Source: an uncultured delta proteobacterium (lineage in GTDB: Bacteria > Desulfobacterota > BSN033 > UBA1163). From it: a stretch of 64,000 nt of DNA. The DNA lies in assembly GCA_963827685.1 (NCBI GenBank), contig CAWHBU010000003.1, positions 480,001-544,000 of the forward strand, given 5' to 3'. Below are positions 9,707 to 18,992 of this stretch, piece by piece. The notes below the pieces were generated by a model that saw only the letters and a program-made list of their open reading frames with translations, made no database searches and had not been told where the DNA came from. Position numbers and translations under genes: made by a program. How positions within the stretch are numbered: the first letter of the stretch is position 1; each line of letters starts with the position of its first letter.

Positions 9707-10627
9707 ATGTCAAATTGGCCCAGCATCCTGATCCCCATAGCTGCGGTAGTTTTAGGGTTTTTCTTGGGGGTATTGCGGCAAAAACTCTTTGAGAAAAAGG
9801 TAAACCTCTTCCATAAGCTGGACGCTCCGGCTGTGTTTTCGTTAATTCCTCCCAAGATTAGCTTTCAAAACTTAAAAATCTCCAACAAGGGTAAATTACC
9901 AGCCAAGAATCTAAGAATTAGCCTTAACGCTGATGTCATTAAGCAGCATGAGGCGGTTTATAAACCGATAACCGAAGAGGAATACAAAGAAGAAACAAGG
10001 GAAGGAATTCTTACACTAAAATTTGACACATTACTTCCGGAAGAAGAACTTGTTATTTCTTTTAAATCATCTGAGCCAGTTCCAGAGAATTTCCTGATAA
10101 ACATAAAAAGCGATGAAATGCTTTCCAAGAAAGAGCCTGATCAGAAGGGAAGATCTCCCGAGATTACGCAGGCGGTGTTCACGGTGATTGCTGGCGTCTC
10201 GGTCATCGTAGCGTTTATGTATGCTATACCCCCATTTTACAAACCCTCTTCAAAACCTTCGACGCAGCCAACTTTAGAACAGCCAATCTTAAAACAGCCA
10301 ACTTTATCCTTGAGCATAATGAAAGACAAATCAATTTACGGGAAGGGGGAAAAGGCCCAGATAACTTACCTGATAGCAAACCTTAGAAAAGATATATTAA
10401 GAGATATTTGGGGGAAGCTGACAATTCCTGGGTTCGACCTGAATGATGACCAGAGATATATGGAAAAGAAGTGGCTAGAAAGCGAGGGCCAGATTACACA
10501 TAGGGTTACCTTCAATATCCCCAAGGATGTACCTTCGGGCAAGCATAAGATTATCTTGAAGGTGAGTGCAAGTACTCTTGAAGAAAGATTTTCGGAAGAA
10601 ACCGAAACTTTTTTTGAAGTTCAGTAA
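9707..10627 (+). CDS. Hypothetical membrane protein with Ig-like beta-sandwich domains
   Basis: Two TM segments; ISNKG..PAKN and ITYLIAN...IPKDVPSGKH patterns typical of CARDB/DUF11-like folds. Confidence 0.6.
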   Translation: MSNWPSILIPIAAVVLGFFLGVLRQKLFEKKVNLFHKLDAPAVFSLIPPKISFQNLKISNKGKLPAKNLRISLNADVIKQHEAVYKPITEEEYKEETREGILTLKFDTLLPEEELVISFKSSEPVPENFLINIKSDEMLSKKEPDQKGRSPEITQAVFTVIAGVSVIVAFMYAIPPFYKPSSKPSTQPTLEQPILKQPTLSLSIMKDKSIYGKGEKAQITYLIANLRKDILRDIWGKLTIPGFDLNDDQRYMEKKWLESEGQITHRVTFNIPKDVPSGKHKIILKVSASTLEERFSEETETFFEVQ

Positions 10628-10840
10628 TTAACTTAAGCCTCCAGGTCCATCCTGAAATTCACGAGCTGATTGTGAATGATCAGTAAGCTCTGAGTTCCGA
10701 TTCCACGAATTCCGCAACCTTTTTCCTTACTCATTCCTCATTGACCTCTGAATAAGTACCCGGGGTCAAAGCTACACTTTACACTTCACAAAGTGCAGCA
10801 GATGCGAGAAGAAAACGGATCATGTGAGTAAATTGGGTTA

Positions 10841-10963
10841 GTCCATGAATGCAGGAATTTTTTACAGAAGATGTATTAAGGGTTACGCAAGCAGCAGGTT
10901 GAGTAAATCGAAATGAAGATATCACCGTCGAAAGATTGGAGAAGTGTTTGGGAAGAATTTTAT
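10841..10963 (+). repeat. Repeat D copy 1 (~120 bp, CCATGAATGCAGGAATTTTTTACAGAAGATGTATTAAGGGTTAC...)
   Basis: Near-identical to 13312-13473 (MITE-interrupted) and 17704-17826. Confidence 0.9.
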
Positions 10964-11009
10964 ACGGTCCAGGACTGATTACCGTGTTTCATATCAGGAC
11001 TTGGTTCAT

Positions 11010-11795
11010 TTAGGATCCATTTTCAAAATTGATAAGGGAATGTCCGTACCGATAAAGGGAGAAATCCGCTCCGCTCTCGGCAAAATAACGAGTCCAGAAT
11101 GTTTGTATCTCTCGAAATTTATTGGAATCAGTCGCACTGGCGCCTGCCACATAGACCTTGACACCGGTAAGGTTGGGCATGAGTTTGTTCTTTTGGCGAT
11201 AGGTGATCACTTTGCTAATATACTCGTCTGTAATCTTGTCCTTATCAAATTTGTATTCCTTTGAATCCTGAATCATATCAGAAAGGATAACCAAAATCTT
11301 TTGGCGCTCCTTCTCGTCATGGAAAATGGTATCTGCAATATTCAGCGAATCTAAAATCTCCGTCAGCAGAGATCCCCCCCTGTGCGATAAGAGTTTATTT
11401 ACCTCCGTTCGAATTTTCTCCTTGGCATGGGTCAGGTTTCTCTCAAACTGTAAGCGGTTATCCCAGACAGTTTTCTTCGGAATTTCCTCATCCACTGTTG
11501 GCTTGAAATCGATATAGGAGTGACTGGCGATCGTCCCTACGACAACGCGATCCCCCTGCCGAAGATTTTTATAAATCTTCTCAAACGCTTCCTTACAGAC
11601 CGTACGCCGAGGTTGATCCGCACTTCCCGACATGTCCACAAGAATAATGATGAGCCGTGGAGGTTGGGGGGAGTCTTCGGGTTTGCCGACGGCTTCAGCA
11701 CTCCGCTTCAATGGGTGGCATAAGAGAAGTGCGCCAATAATGATAAGACCCAGTAATATCAGTCGCCGCTGTTTCATTTGGGTAGTCCACCTCAA
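11010..11795 (-). CDS. Exported VWA-domain protein
   Basis: Signal peptide; IILVDMSGS MIDAS motif; T.I..L and LVILSD. Confidence 0.75.
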   Translation of the reverse strand: MRWTTQMKQRRLILLGLIIIGALLLCHPLKRSAEAVGKPEDSPQPPRLIIILVDMSGSADQPRRTVCKEAFEKIYKNLRQGDRVVVGTIASHSYIDFKPTVDEEIPKKTVWDNRLQFERNLTHAKEKIRTEVNKLLSHRGGSLLTEILDSLNIADTIFHDEKERQKILVILSDMIQDSKEYKFDKDKITDEYISKVITYRQKNKLMPNLTGVKVYVAGASATDSNKFREIQTFWTRYFAESGADFSLYRYGHSLINFENGS

Positions 11796-11798
11796 TCA

Positions 11799-12785
11799 TT
11801 ACGAATGGGTTTGTTTGGCTACCACCATTTTCAGAGGGGTGGTCTCGGGTTCCGATTTCGTGCCTTCGTCTTCATTTCCAAACTCTACGCCCAACTCGTG
11901 ATCCCGGTCAAAGGATTTGGGTTTTTCATGGTCTGGGCGCTTGCGCAGGTTGATTTTGCGGTAGTAATGGATGATTTCCTGGGTTCGTTGCTGAATCCGG
12001 TGTAGTTCTTGTTGTTGTTGGGTTAGGATTTTCCTATACTTTGCTTCAGCGGTTCGCGTGGCCTTATCGAGCTGGTTTGTCCTACGATGTAAATGCTCCA
12101 GCATGGAATCCGCATCATGTGCAAAATAAGAGCAGAGTGTCGCCGCAGCTAAAATGACCAGGTTCAGTCCAACAAAGGCGGCCCCGATCAGAGTACTATT
12201 GCCGAAGCTGCTAACTGCTCCCGCTTTGCTGAGGTCACCCAGGTACTGGACACGTACGTAGCCGATGGCAACCAGGCCGACAATGGTGAGGAAAAGGAGT
12301 GTCCCGATGCCAATGGCATTCTTCCACCATGGAACAGTCCAACGCTTGAAAAGAATCCCCATGGAGTGGGCAATCCATGGAATCGCTACGGCCACACCGA
12401 CCGCCATGATCCATGTGAAGATCTGGTTTTCTCCAAACACCGCGAAGGCAAGCGAATTCATGGGGATTTCACCCAGGACAAACAAACACATCAGCACATA
12501 ATACTTCATCCTGCTCAACTCTACACTTGGTTCGCTGCGACCGATCCTGGCAGCATGAGCATCATAGTCTTTAGAGATACGTTCATAATCCTGAAGCAAG
12601 GGTTTGTATTTTCCATTGAGGACCTCTAATTTCGGGCCATATGAAGAGGTTATTTGCCGGGCCTCATTCCTGGCCATTGCCATCAGCTCTTTCTCAAACG
12701 AAGAGAATTGCTGGTCACTCCTGCCGGGAAGATTGTTTTTTGCATCTCTTATGGCATTTTGTCGTGCACTCAGTCTACTATACAT
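11799..12785 (-). CDS. 4-TM membrane protein flanked by coiled coils
   Basis: Start at MYSRLS (GGAGG at 12790-12794); coupled to the VWA gene. Confidence 0.7.
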   Translation of the reverse strand: MYSRLSARQNAIRDAKNNLPGRSDQQFSSFEKELMAMARNEARQITSSYGPKLEVLNGKYKPLLQDYERISKDYDAHAARIGRSEPSVELSRMKYYVLMCLFVLGEIPMNSLAFAVFGENQIFTWIMAVGVAVAIPWIAHSMGILFKRWTVPWWKNAIGIGTLLFLTIVGLVAIGYVRVQYLGDLSKAGAVSSFGNSTLIGAAFVGLNLVILAAATLCSYFAHDADSMLEHLHRRTNQLDKATRTAEAKYRKILTQQQQELHRIQQRTQEIIHYYRKINLRKRPDHEKPKSFDRDHELGVEFGNEDEGTKSEPETTPLKMVVAKQTHS

Positions 12786-13093
12786 TTTTCCTCCTATCTG
12801 TTTAAGAGTTAGTATAGTGAATCTCCTCCCGTAGAGCGGGAGGCATGCGGTAGCCCCCAAGAAGTTAGCTACCGCCATATTAGTAAAAAGCATACCTATT
12901 TTTATGAGTATGCTTATTGAGATCTGATCTGACAGTTTCGATTTTGGCTGCGATTTACGCTGAAAAAGCCCCAAAAATATAAAATTACGCAAAAACGTAA
13001 TGATAGCCGTTTCATTTTTCAAAACTTTCCGGACTGGTACTATTAGACAGCTATACGGGCCTACTTTATTTTGATTGCAAAATCTATTAGAAA

Positions 13094-13110
13094 CGCAAGA
13101 AATATGCCAA
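13094..13110 (-). promoter_or_regulatory. Sigma54 (-24/-12) promoter
   Basis: Minus strand TTGGCATATTTCTTGCG = GG-N10-GC with AT-rich upstream tract. Confidence 0.6.
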
Positions 13111-13311
13111 GGGTTCGCTAATAATTAGTTGTTAGATAATAATTATTTTAAGAATATATTCAATAGATTATCTTATGAACCCATTGAAGAATTTATGGCA
13201 ATCCTCGGTTTTATTGATACAAAATTCCACATCGATTGACAAAAATGTCCCCGGTTCATTATTGCTCTTACAGCAGGAATCAGACCGGAGAGGGCTGTCG
13301 AGATGTGGGCA

Positions 13312-13473
13312 GTCCATGAATGCAGGAATTTTTTACAGAAGATGTATTAAGGGTTACTCAGGCAAGCCCCGTTAGAAATTCCAGTCGTTGCGACTCGAAA
13401 CCGAGCGGTCCATTATTTCTAACGGGGTAAATCAAAATGAAAATATCACCCTCAAAAGATCGGAAGTGTTTGG
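13312..13473 (+). repeat. Repeat D copy 2, interrupted by a MITE
   Basis: Homology to copy 1 resumes (TAAATCAAAATGAAAATATCACC) after the MITE. Confidence 0.85.
13367..13427. mobile_element. Short MITE, TIR CCCCGTTAGAAAT
   Basis: 13-bp perfect TIRs; absent from repeat D copies 1 and 3. Confidence 0.8.
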
Positions 13474-13646
13474 TTGATGACCTCATCCTCCGTGACCCCA
13501 ATCTCCCTAACAAAATTCTTTATCAGAGCTTGAAACAAAGTTCTTCTTACATTATTATAGTGTTTTGAAAGACATGACCTTTACACGGATGAAATCGGTG
13601 GTATCCGTTTTCACCGGGATGAATGAAATTGCAGTCTACAGGTGAA

Positions 13647-13763
13647 CCCCGTTAGAAATTCCAGTCGTTGCGACTCGAAACCGAGCGGGGCATCAAACCC
13701 CCGCCGGAATTATTCTGGGACCTAACCACGCTGCAGAGCAGCGGGGCAACATTTCTAACGGGG
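13647..13763. mobile_element. MITE, TIR CCCCGTTAGAAAT
   Basis: Same TIRs; shares the first ~42 bp with the 13367 copy; sits just upstream of the lemA RBS. Confidence 0.8.
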
Positions 13764-13779
13764 TCAACAGGAGAAAAAG

Positions 13780-14373
13780 ATGAGAAAAGGATCGCTATTA
13801 CTGAAGTTGGTTCTGCCCGCTCTTATCCTTGTTGCACTCTCTGGCTGTGGCTACAACACGATGCAGAAAAATGAAGAGGCGGTCAAGGCCGCATGGGGAG
13901 ATGTTGAGGCGACCTATCAGAGAAGGAATGACCTCATTCCCAATCTCGTTGAGGTGGTCAAGGCCTATGCCAAACATGAACGGGAAACCCTCACCGCTGT
14001 GACGGAGGCAAGGGCAAAGGTTGGTTCGATACAGGTTTCCAAAGACATTATCAATGATCCAAAGGCCTTCTCACAATTTCAGGAAGCCCAGGCTGGAATG
14101 AGCAGTGCCCTTGCACGACTGATGGTCGTTGTCGAGCGCTATCCCGATCTTAAAGCAAACCAGAACTTTCAGGACCTCCAGCATCAGCTGGAAGGAACAG
14201 AGAACAGGATCAATGTCGCACGGACCCGCTATAACAAGGCGGTCGAAGTCTTCAATACCTCCATCCGGATATTCCCGAACAGTTTGACCAATAGCCTTTT
14301 GCTCCATCTGACACTGAAAGAGCCTTTCAAGGCCGAGCCCGGGGCTTCAAAAGCTCCCCAGGTTAAATTTTAG
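13780..14373 (+). CDS. lemA: LemA family lipoprotein
   Basis: LSGC lipobox, [32 protein letters not shown]. Confidence 0.95.
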   Translation: MRKGSLLLKLVLPALILVALSGCGYNTMQKNEEAVKAAWGDVEATYQRRNDLIPNLVEVVKAYAKHERETLTAVTEARAKVGSIQVSKDIINDPKAFSQFQEAQAGMSSALARLMVVVERYPDLKANQNFQDLQHQLEGTENRINVARTRYNKAVEVFNTSIRIFPNSLTNSLLLHLTLKEPFKAEPGASKAPQVKF

Positions 14374-14515
14374 GGATAGAAGGATAAGGCTGAGGCCCAG
14401 GTTAAGAATGAAAGTGGAAACGATAAACAATGATCAATAAAGTTCATAGTCCATCGTCCATCGTTCATTGTCCGCATGAGGGAATTGGGAAGGAACTTAA
14501 GGGTGAAACTCTGAA

Positions 14516-15424
14516 ATGAAAAAATGCTTATTCCTGTTGATCTTTTTTGTCTGGTGTCTGCCTTTCCCTGCTTACGGCCTCGATGTTCCAAGGCTTCAGG
14601 GCTATGTCAACGATTATGCGGGGATGATCAGTCCCTCCGTGAGGTCGAAGATTGAAGAGGGGCTAAGGGCCTTTGAGCAGTCGGATTCAACCCAGATCGT
14701 TATCCTGACCATCCCCTCTCTCGAAGGAGAAAACCTTGAGGAGTTTGGTATCAAAGTGGCCGAAACATGGAAAATCGGGCAACAGGTAAAGGACAACGGG
14801 GTTCTTTTCATCGTCTCCAAACAGGAAAGAAAAATCAGGATCGAGGTCGGCCGCGGCCTTGAAGGAAAGTTAACGGATTTGATGGCGGGAAGAATTATCG
14901 ATCAAGTCATCAAGCCAAGATTTAAACAGGCAGATTTTGACGGAGGATTTATTGCCGGCGTTTCTTCATTGATCGATGCCACACGGGGTGAGTTCAGTGC
15001 CGAGCGAAGGCCGGTTCACCAAAGGCAAAGAGGCGTTCCCCCTTTCCTGACCATCTTTCTGTTTTTTGGTATCTTTACACTTATCTTAGGCAGTCTCTCC
15101 CGTGTTCTCGGTGGAGTCATTGCAGCCATTGGGCTTCCTGCATTTGTCTATCTTGCCGTTCTCCCCGTCGGAATCCCACTTATGATTCTCTTGGCCGTAG
15201 TTGGTTTTGGTGGAGGCTTCTTTCTGCCACGTCTCTTTTCTTCAGGAGGTTCTCGAAGGGATGGCAGCAGTCGTCATCATGGCGGTGGGTTTTTCTATGG
15301 ATCAGGGATGGGTGGTTTCTTCTCCGGGGGCGGCGGCTTTGGCGGTGGGGGCGGTTTCGGTGGTGGTGGTTTCAGCGGTGGAGGCGGCTCATTCGGTGGA
15401 GGAGGGGCTTCGGGAGGCTGGTGA
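14516..15424 (+). CDS. TPM-domain (YgcG-like) membrane protein with Gly-rich tail
   Basis: VNDYAGM, DNGVL, RIEVGRGLEG, FGGGGASGGW; canonical lemA neighbour. Confidence 0.92.
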   Translation: MKKCLFLLIFFVWCLPFPAYGLDVPRLQGYVNDYAGMISPSVRSKIEEGLRAFEQSDSTQIVILTIPSLEGENLEEFGIKVAETWKIGQQVKDNGVLFIVSKQERKIRIEVGRGLEGKLTDLMAGRIIDQVIKPRFKQADFDGGFIAGVSSLIDATRGEFSAERRPVHQRQRGVPPFLTIFLFFGIFTLILGSLSRVLGGVIAAIGLPAFVYLAVLPVGIPLMILLAVVGFGGGFFLPRLFSSGGSRRDGSSRHHGGGFFYGSGMGGFFSGGGGFGGGGGFGGGGFSGGGGSFGGGGASGGW

Positions 15425-16068
15425 TGAGAGGACATCCAAAATCGGAAAGATTTTTCACTGCAGAAGAAAAAGAGAGGCTGAAGGCAACCACCCACGAGGT
15501 CGAATCCAAGACGATTGGAGAAATCGTTATCATGGTCGTTGACCATAGTGATCACTACATTGAGGCAGAGGTTCTCGGCAGTGTCCTTCTCGGGAGTCTC
15601 TTGTCGTTGATTTTGACCGTTCTCTTTTTTCACTCGTCTATCTGGTCTTATATCCCCCTGAGCTTTTTGTTTTTCTTCCCATTTTGGTTCCTCTTTATAA
15701 AAGTGGAGGTCTTGAAAAAACGGTTTATCGGACACAGAAGAAAAGAGGAAGCGGTCAGTCTGAGAGCTGAGAGGGCTTTTTTTGAAAGAGGACTTTACAA
15801 GACAAAGAAGAATACAGGGGTTCTCTTCTTTCTCTCCCTCCTCGAGAAGAAAGTTTGGGTTCTTGCAGATAAAGGCATCCATGAAAAGATGGATCAGGAA
15901 ACCCTGAACCGCTTTGCGAATGAGGTTTCAAGAGGGATCAAAGAGGGCCGGGCCTGCGACGCCCTTTGTCAGGCTATCCAGGAAATAGGAATTTTACTTG
16001 CCCAGCATTTTCCCATCACACCTGATGATACCAACGAACTCCCCGATGACGTCATGACAGAAGAATAA
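15421..16068 (+). CDS. TPM-domain membrane protein (DUF477/COG3762-like)
   Basis: ESKTIGEIV, TGVLFFLSLLE, DKGI, NELPD. Confidence 0.9.
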   Translation: MMRGHPKSERFFTAEEKERLKATTHEVESKTIGEIVIMVVDHSDHYIEAEVLGSVLLGSLLSLILTVLFFHSSIWSYIPLSFLFFFPFWFLFIKVEVLKKRFIGHRRKEEAVSLRAERAFFERGLYKTKKNTGVLFFLSLLEKKVWVLADKGIHEKMDQETLNRFANEVSRGIKEGRACDALCQAIQEIGILLAQHFPITPDDTNELPDDVMTEE

Positions 16069-16210
16069 TTGCTTGAAGAGTGATCCGACAATTATTATAG
16101 AGGGGCTGGGGCGGTTCTCGGATAACATTGTATAAACCGATAGCTACAATCCATTTTTTGTAAACCTTGGAGGAGAGGCTACGGTCACAAGATTCGAGCC
16201 AGTCCTTTCC

Positions 16211-16354
16211 AAAAAAAACCCAGCCTTTCGGCTGGGCTCTTTTTTTCGAAGTCCGCTTTTGCCAGTAAGCTTTCGCTCTCTGGTTTCTCTTATCATACCC
16301 CCTGAAAGGTTCTACCCTTTCAGGCTTCTCATAAGATTTACAGGTTCCGAAATC
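16211..16354 (-). ncRNA. Candidate structured RNA copy D with terminator (hairpin also usable as + strand terminator of the lemA operon)
   Basis: Paralog of 16668-16826; stems TCTTAT/ATAAGA, CCTGAAAGG/CCTTTCAGG, CCAG/CTGG; terminator CCCAGC-CGAAAG-GCTGGG-T8. Confidence 0.5.
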
Positions 16355-16431
16355 TTCATTCTTCAGTGTTTTTCTGATCTAAAAACACTTTTTTGTCGCC
16401 GAACATATCTTCTTCTAAAACTCTTAGAAGT

Positions 16432-16635
16432 CTAACCAACAATCTTTACGTTTGAGGCTTGAGGGCCTTTAGGACCCTGTGTGGTTTCGAATTCAACCTC
16501 ATCCCCCTCTTTAAGGGACTTGAATCCCTCCCCTGTGATTGCCGAGTGGTGAACAAATACGTCCTTGCCGCTCTCCGGTGTAATAAATCCGAATCCCTTC
16601 TGATCGTTAAACCACTTCACTTTTCCTGTTGACAT
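16432..16635 (-). CDS. csp: Cold-shock protein (CspA family)
   Basis: [31 protein letters not shown]; GGAGG RBS. Confidence 0.97.
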   Translation of the reverse strand: MSTGKVKWFNDQKGFGFITPESGKDVFVHHSAITGEGFKSLKEGDEVEFETTQGPKGPQASNVKIVG

Positions 16636-16667
16636 AGTAACCTCCAAATAAAATGTTAGGGTTAAAA

Positions 16668-16826
16668 TAAAAAACCCGTCAAAGAGGGAAACTCACTCTT
16701 TGCGGGCTTCCTTTTTTCGAAGCCCGCTTTTCACCAGAGATTTTGTTCTCTGGCTCTCTTACCATTCCTTCCTTCCAGGTTTTACCCTTTCTGGTTTTCC
16801 TAATAAGACCTGCGGGTTCCGAAATC
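16668..16826 (-). ncRNA. Candidate cis-regulatory leader RNA of csp (copy U) with terminator/antiterminator
   Basis: Closing stem TTCGGAACCCGC/GCGGGCTTCGAA; alternative hairpin GCGGGCTTC-GAAAAAAG-GAAGCCCGC overlaps terminator CCCG.CAAAGAG...CTCTTTG.CGGG-T6; TTGCAA-N17-TACATA promoter upstream. Confidence 0.55.
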
Positions 16827-16852
16827 TCAATCTATTTTGTATATGTAACACA

Positions 16853-17006
16853 ATAAAGGAGGCTTTGCAATGGCAGGAGAAATTATTAGGTGCCCGTAAA
16901 CCGAAGAGGGGGCAGATCAAAAAAAGTCTGTATCTGCTAATTATTATTAATGAACACGAGAACCGTCCCCAAATCGTTACTAAATTCCCGTACTGACCCT
17001 TTTTTT
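16853..17006 (+). repeat. Repeat B copy 2 plus AAATTCCCGTACTGACCCTTTTTT end
   Basis: Matches 5505-5625; the last 25 bp recur at 17827-17852. Confidence 0.8.
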
Positions 17007-17052
17007 GACGGTGTGTCGACATTATGTCATAAATGACATATATTATGATTGA

Positions 17053-17346
17053 ATGAAAAGGAGAGAGAAGCCGTTAATCTGGCTACACGGCGAGATAAAG
17101 ACTCCACCGCTATCAAGCGCAGCAAGGATCGAAGCAGGCTATTTGCTGCGCAAACTTCAAATGGCGGACCTGCTCTCGCTACCTCATTCACGACCGATGC
17201 CATCGATTGGTTCGAGATGCCACGAACTCCGTATCGATGATCAAAACAAGACGTGGCGTGTTGTGTATCGAATTGATAATGATGCCATCCAACACCCCAA
17301 CGCAGGATTCGGCTTTATGATACCTAACGTAGGAGGAAGCATATGA
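17053..17346 (+). pseudogene. higB: RelE/HigB (Gp49-like) toxin with internal deletion
   Basis: KPLIWLHGEIKTPP...LPHSRPMPSIG..CHELRI.D..WRVVYRIDNDAI, then the usual ILEVF.KK segment is missing; C-terminal QRRIRLYDT* lies in another frame. Confidence 0.7.
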
Positions 17347-17675
17347 AGAGTGCAAAGAAGAAACGACTTGAATTAAAAGGGTGGAAGGTGGGTACTGCTG
17401 CAGAGTTCCTGCAGCTCTCACCTGAAGAATCCGCTTATATTGAGATGAAACTTGCATTGAGTAAGAATCTTCAGGAACACCGAAAGGACAAAGGCCTCAC
17501 TCAAGAGCAACTTGCTCGTCTCCTGAAGTCCAGTCAGTCGAGGGTAGCGAAGATGGAAGCAGGAGATCCTTCCGTTTCGCTTGATTTGCTTGTTCGTTCA
17601 TTGTTGATTCTGGGTGAATCACGCAAGGGTCTTGCTAAGATTTTGTCCCAGCCGCATTCTGCATTTGTGAGTTAG
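17343..17675 (+). CDS. higA: HigA-like XRE-HTH antitoxin
   Basis: GWKVG.A.EFL.L, LTQEQLA..L.SSQSRVAKME.GD.SVSLDLL. Confidence 0.88.
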   Translation: MKSAKKKRLELKGWKVGTAAEFLQLSPEESAYIEMKLALSKNLQEHRKDKGLTQEQLARLLKSSQSRVAKMEAGDPSVSLDLLVRSLLILGESRKGLAKILSQPHSAFVS

Positions 17676-17703
17676 ACCGACCTTTCAACTTTCAGTAAAT
17701 GAG

Positions 17704-17852
17704 ATCCATGAATGCAGGAATTTTTTGCAGAAGATGTATTAAGGGTTACGCAAGCAGTAAGTTGAGAAAATCGAAATGAAGATATCGCCTTCGAAAGATT
17801 AGAGAAGTGTTTGGGAAAAATTTCATAAATTCCCGTACTGAACCTTTTTTTT
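17704..17852 (+). repeat. Repeat D copy 3 plus GTACTGAACC end
   Basis: Near-identical to 10841-10963. Confidence 0.85.
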
Positions 17853-18045
17853 AAAGGTGGCCCGGACCACTGCTGATCCGGAAGACCAGGAAAATATCCA
17901 ACCGGCCTACCTCTCCGAAGCGATTCAATACGGTAGCTTGAATCGAAATCTCATTTCCTTACTATAGAAAATTCGATCCTATTTACAGATCAACAAAAAA
18001 TCTATGAATGATGGGCCAATACGGAGGGAACGAAACGGAAAAACG

Positions 18046-18369
18046 TTACGAAGGATATCGCCTGTCAAGGGCGGACCCCGAATCGACGCCGGGCAGCCTT
18101 CGGGTTTTTCTTCGATCGAGGACTTCAGCGAGAATAGGTAAAAGAAAGGAACCTCCGGGGAGAAAGAAGATAATCAGTGCTGGGATGATCTTCGCTATGT
18201 TTTTCAGATGCCTCTTTATCTCTTTTTTCTCTTCCCTTGTCCATTTCTCATCAGTGTTCCGGATTTTCATAAGAAGCTGCATCAGTCCCTTTATCGAAAG
18301 GACTTCCATGAGGATGGCTTCCTTATTTATAATGAACAGTCTTTTCAGATATCTCTTGATCATCGGCAA
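18046..18369 (-). CDS. Small LETM1-like hypothetical protein
   Basis: WT.EEK..I...L....K.IP.L.IF.LPGG..LLP pattern. Confidence 0.6.
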   Translation of the reverse strand: MPMIKRYLKRLFIINKEAILMEVLSIKGLMQLLMKIRNTDEKWTREEKKEIKRHLKNIAKIIPALIIFFLPGGSFLLPILAEVLDRRKTRRLPGVDSGSALDRRYPS

Positions 18370-18396
18370 ACCAGCTACAACGGCAGACGTCAGGTC

Positions 18397-18449
18397 GGGG
18401 TCAGACCTTGGTCTATTTTCTTAGCGTTTCCCTTTTCCACCAAATTCCG
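18397..18449 (+). repeat. Cassette-boundary repeat A, copy 1
   Basis: GGGGTCAGACCTTGGTCTATTTTCTTAGCGTTTCCCTTTTCCACCAAATTCCG. Confidence 0.9.
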
Positions 18450-18620
18450 GGACGGTGTCAGAGCTACGCCGTCAATAGCTTCTCCACCTCTCCTTGAACG
18501 TCAGTCCGGTCCATTTACCCCCTGGTTTATCTCCACAAGCTTATGATGCAAAGAATTTATGGAAATTCTCCACAGAAGTCAACGATTATTTTTCGCAGTG
18601 CGTAAAATATTGAGGTTTAA

Positions 18621-18736
18621 GTATATCCTCTCAGCGTTCACCTTTTCCACTAAATCCTGCTAACATCGAAGACCTGATCCCTTTTTCACTCCACACATCA
18701 CTAAAATCTTCTGTCAAATTTCAAGGAATGGGACCA
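18621..18736 (+). repeat. Repeat A copy 2 (long form)
   Basis: TCAGCGTTCACCTTTTCCACTAAATCCTGCTAACATCGAAGACCTGATCC...TCTTCTGTCAAATTTCAAGG; two further AAGACCTGATCC at about 18772 and 18792. Confidence 0.9.
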
Positions 18737-18992
18737 TATACTTCTCTTCTGTCGAATAAATGTATGATTGCAAGACCTGATCCTTCTGTTCCAAGACCTG
18801 ATCCTCCCGTTCTCCCTGCTGGTAGTATTTTTAGAATAAATGTAGGAATCTTCTTTGAGATGTTGTATAAAAGTCCAGGGATACTAATAAAAAAACAACT
18901 TGTAACCTATCCAAACATAAGAAAAGCGCTCTGATAAATTAACTGAAATTTTATAGGCCATTTATGAAAAATGTTTTGGTACCCTGGTTTAT

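Noticed and set aside
12786-13022. N-terminal extension of the 407-aa ORF
   Set aside because: Starts at TTG without an RBS; a strong RBS precedes MYSRLS at 12785.
15280-15424. GGC/GGT-rich low-complexity stretch
   Set aside because: It is the normal Gly-rich tail of TPM/YgcG proteins.
16668-16826. SAM-I or c-di-GMP riboswitch call for the csp leader
   Set aside because: Only the TCTTAT/ATAAGA stem resembles SAM-I; kink-turn, GCAAC and GGTGC motifs and the c-di-GMP GGCAAA/GCAAA motifs are absent.
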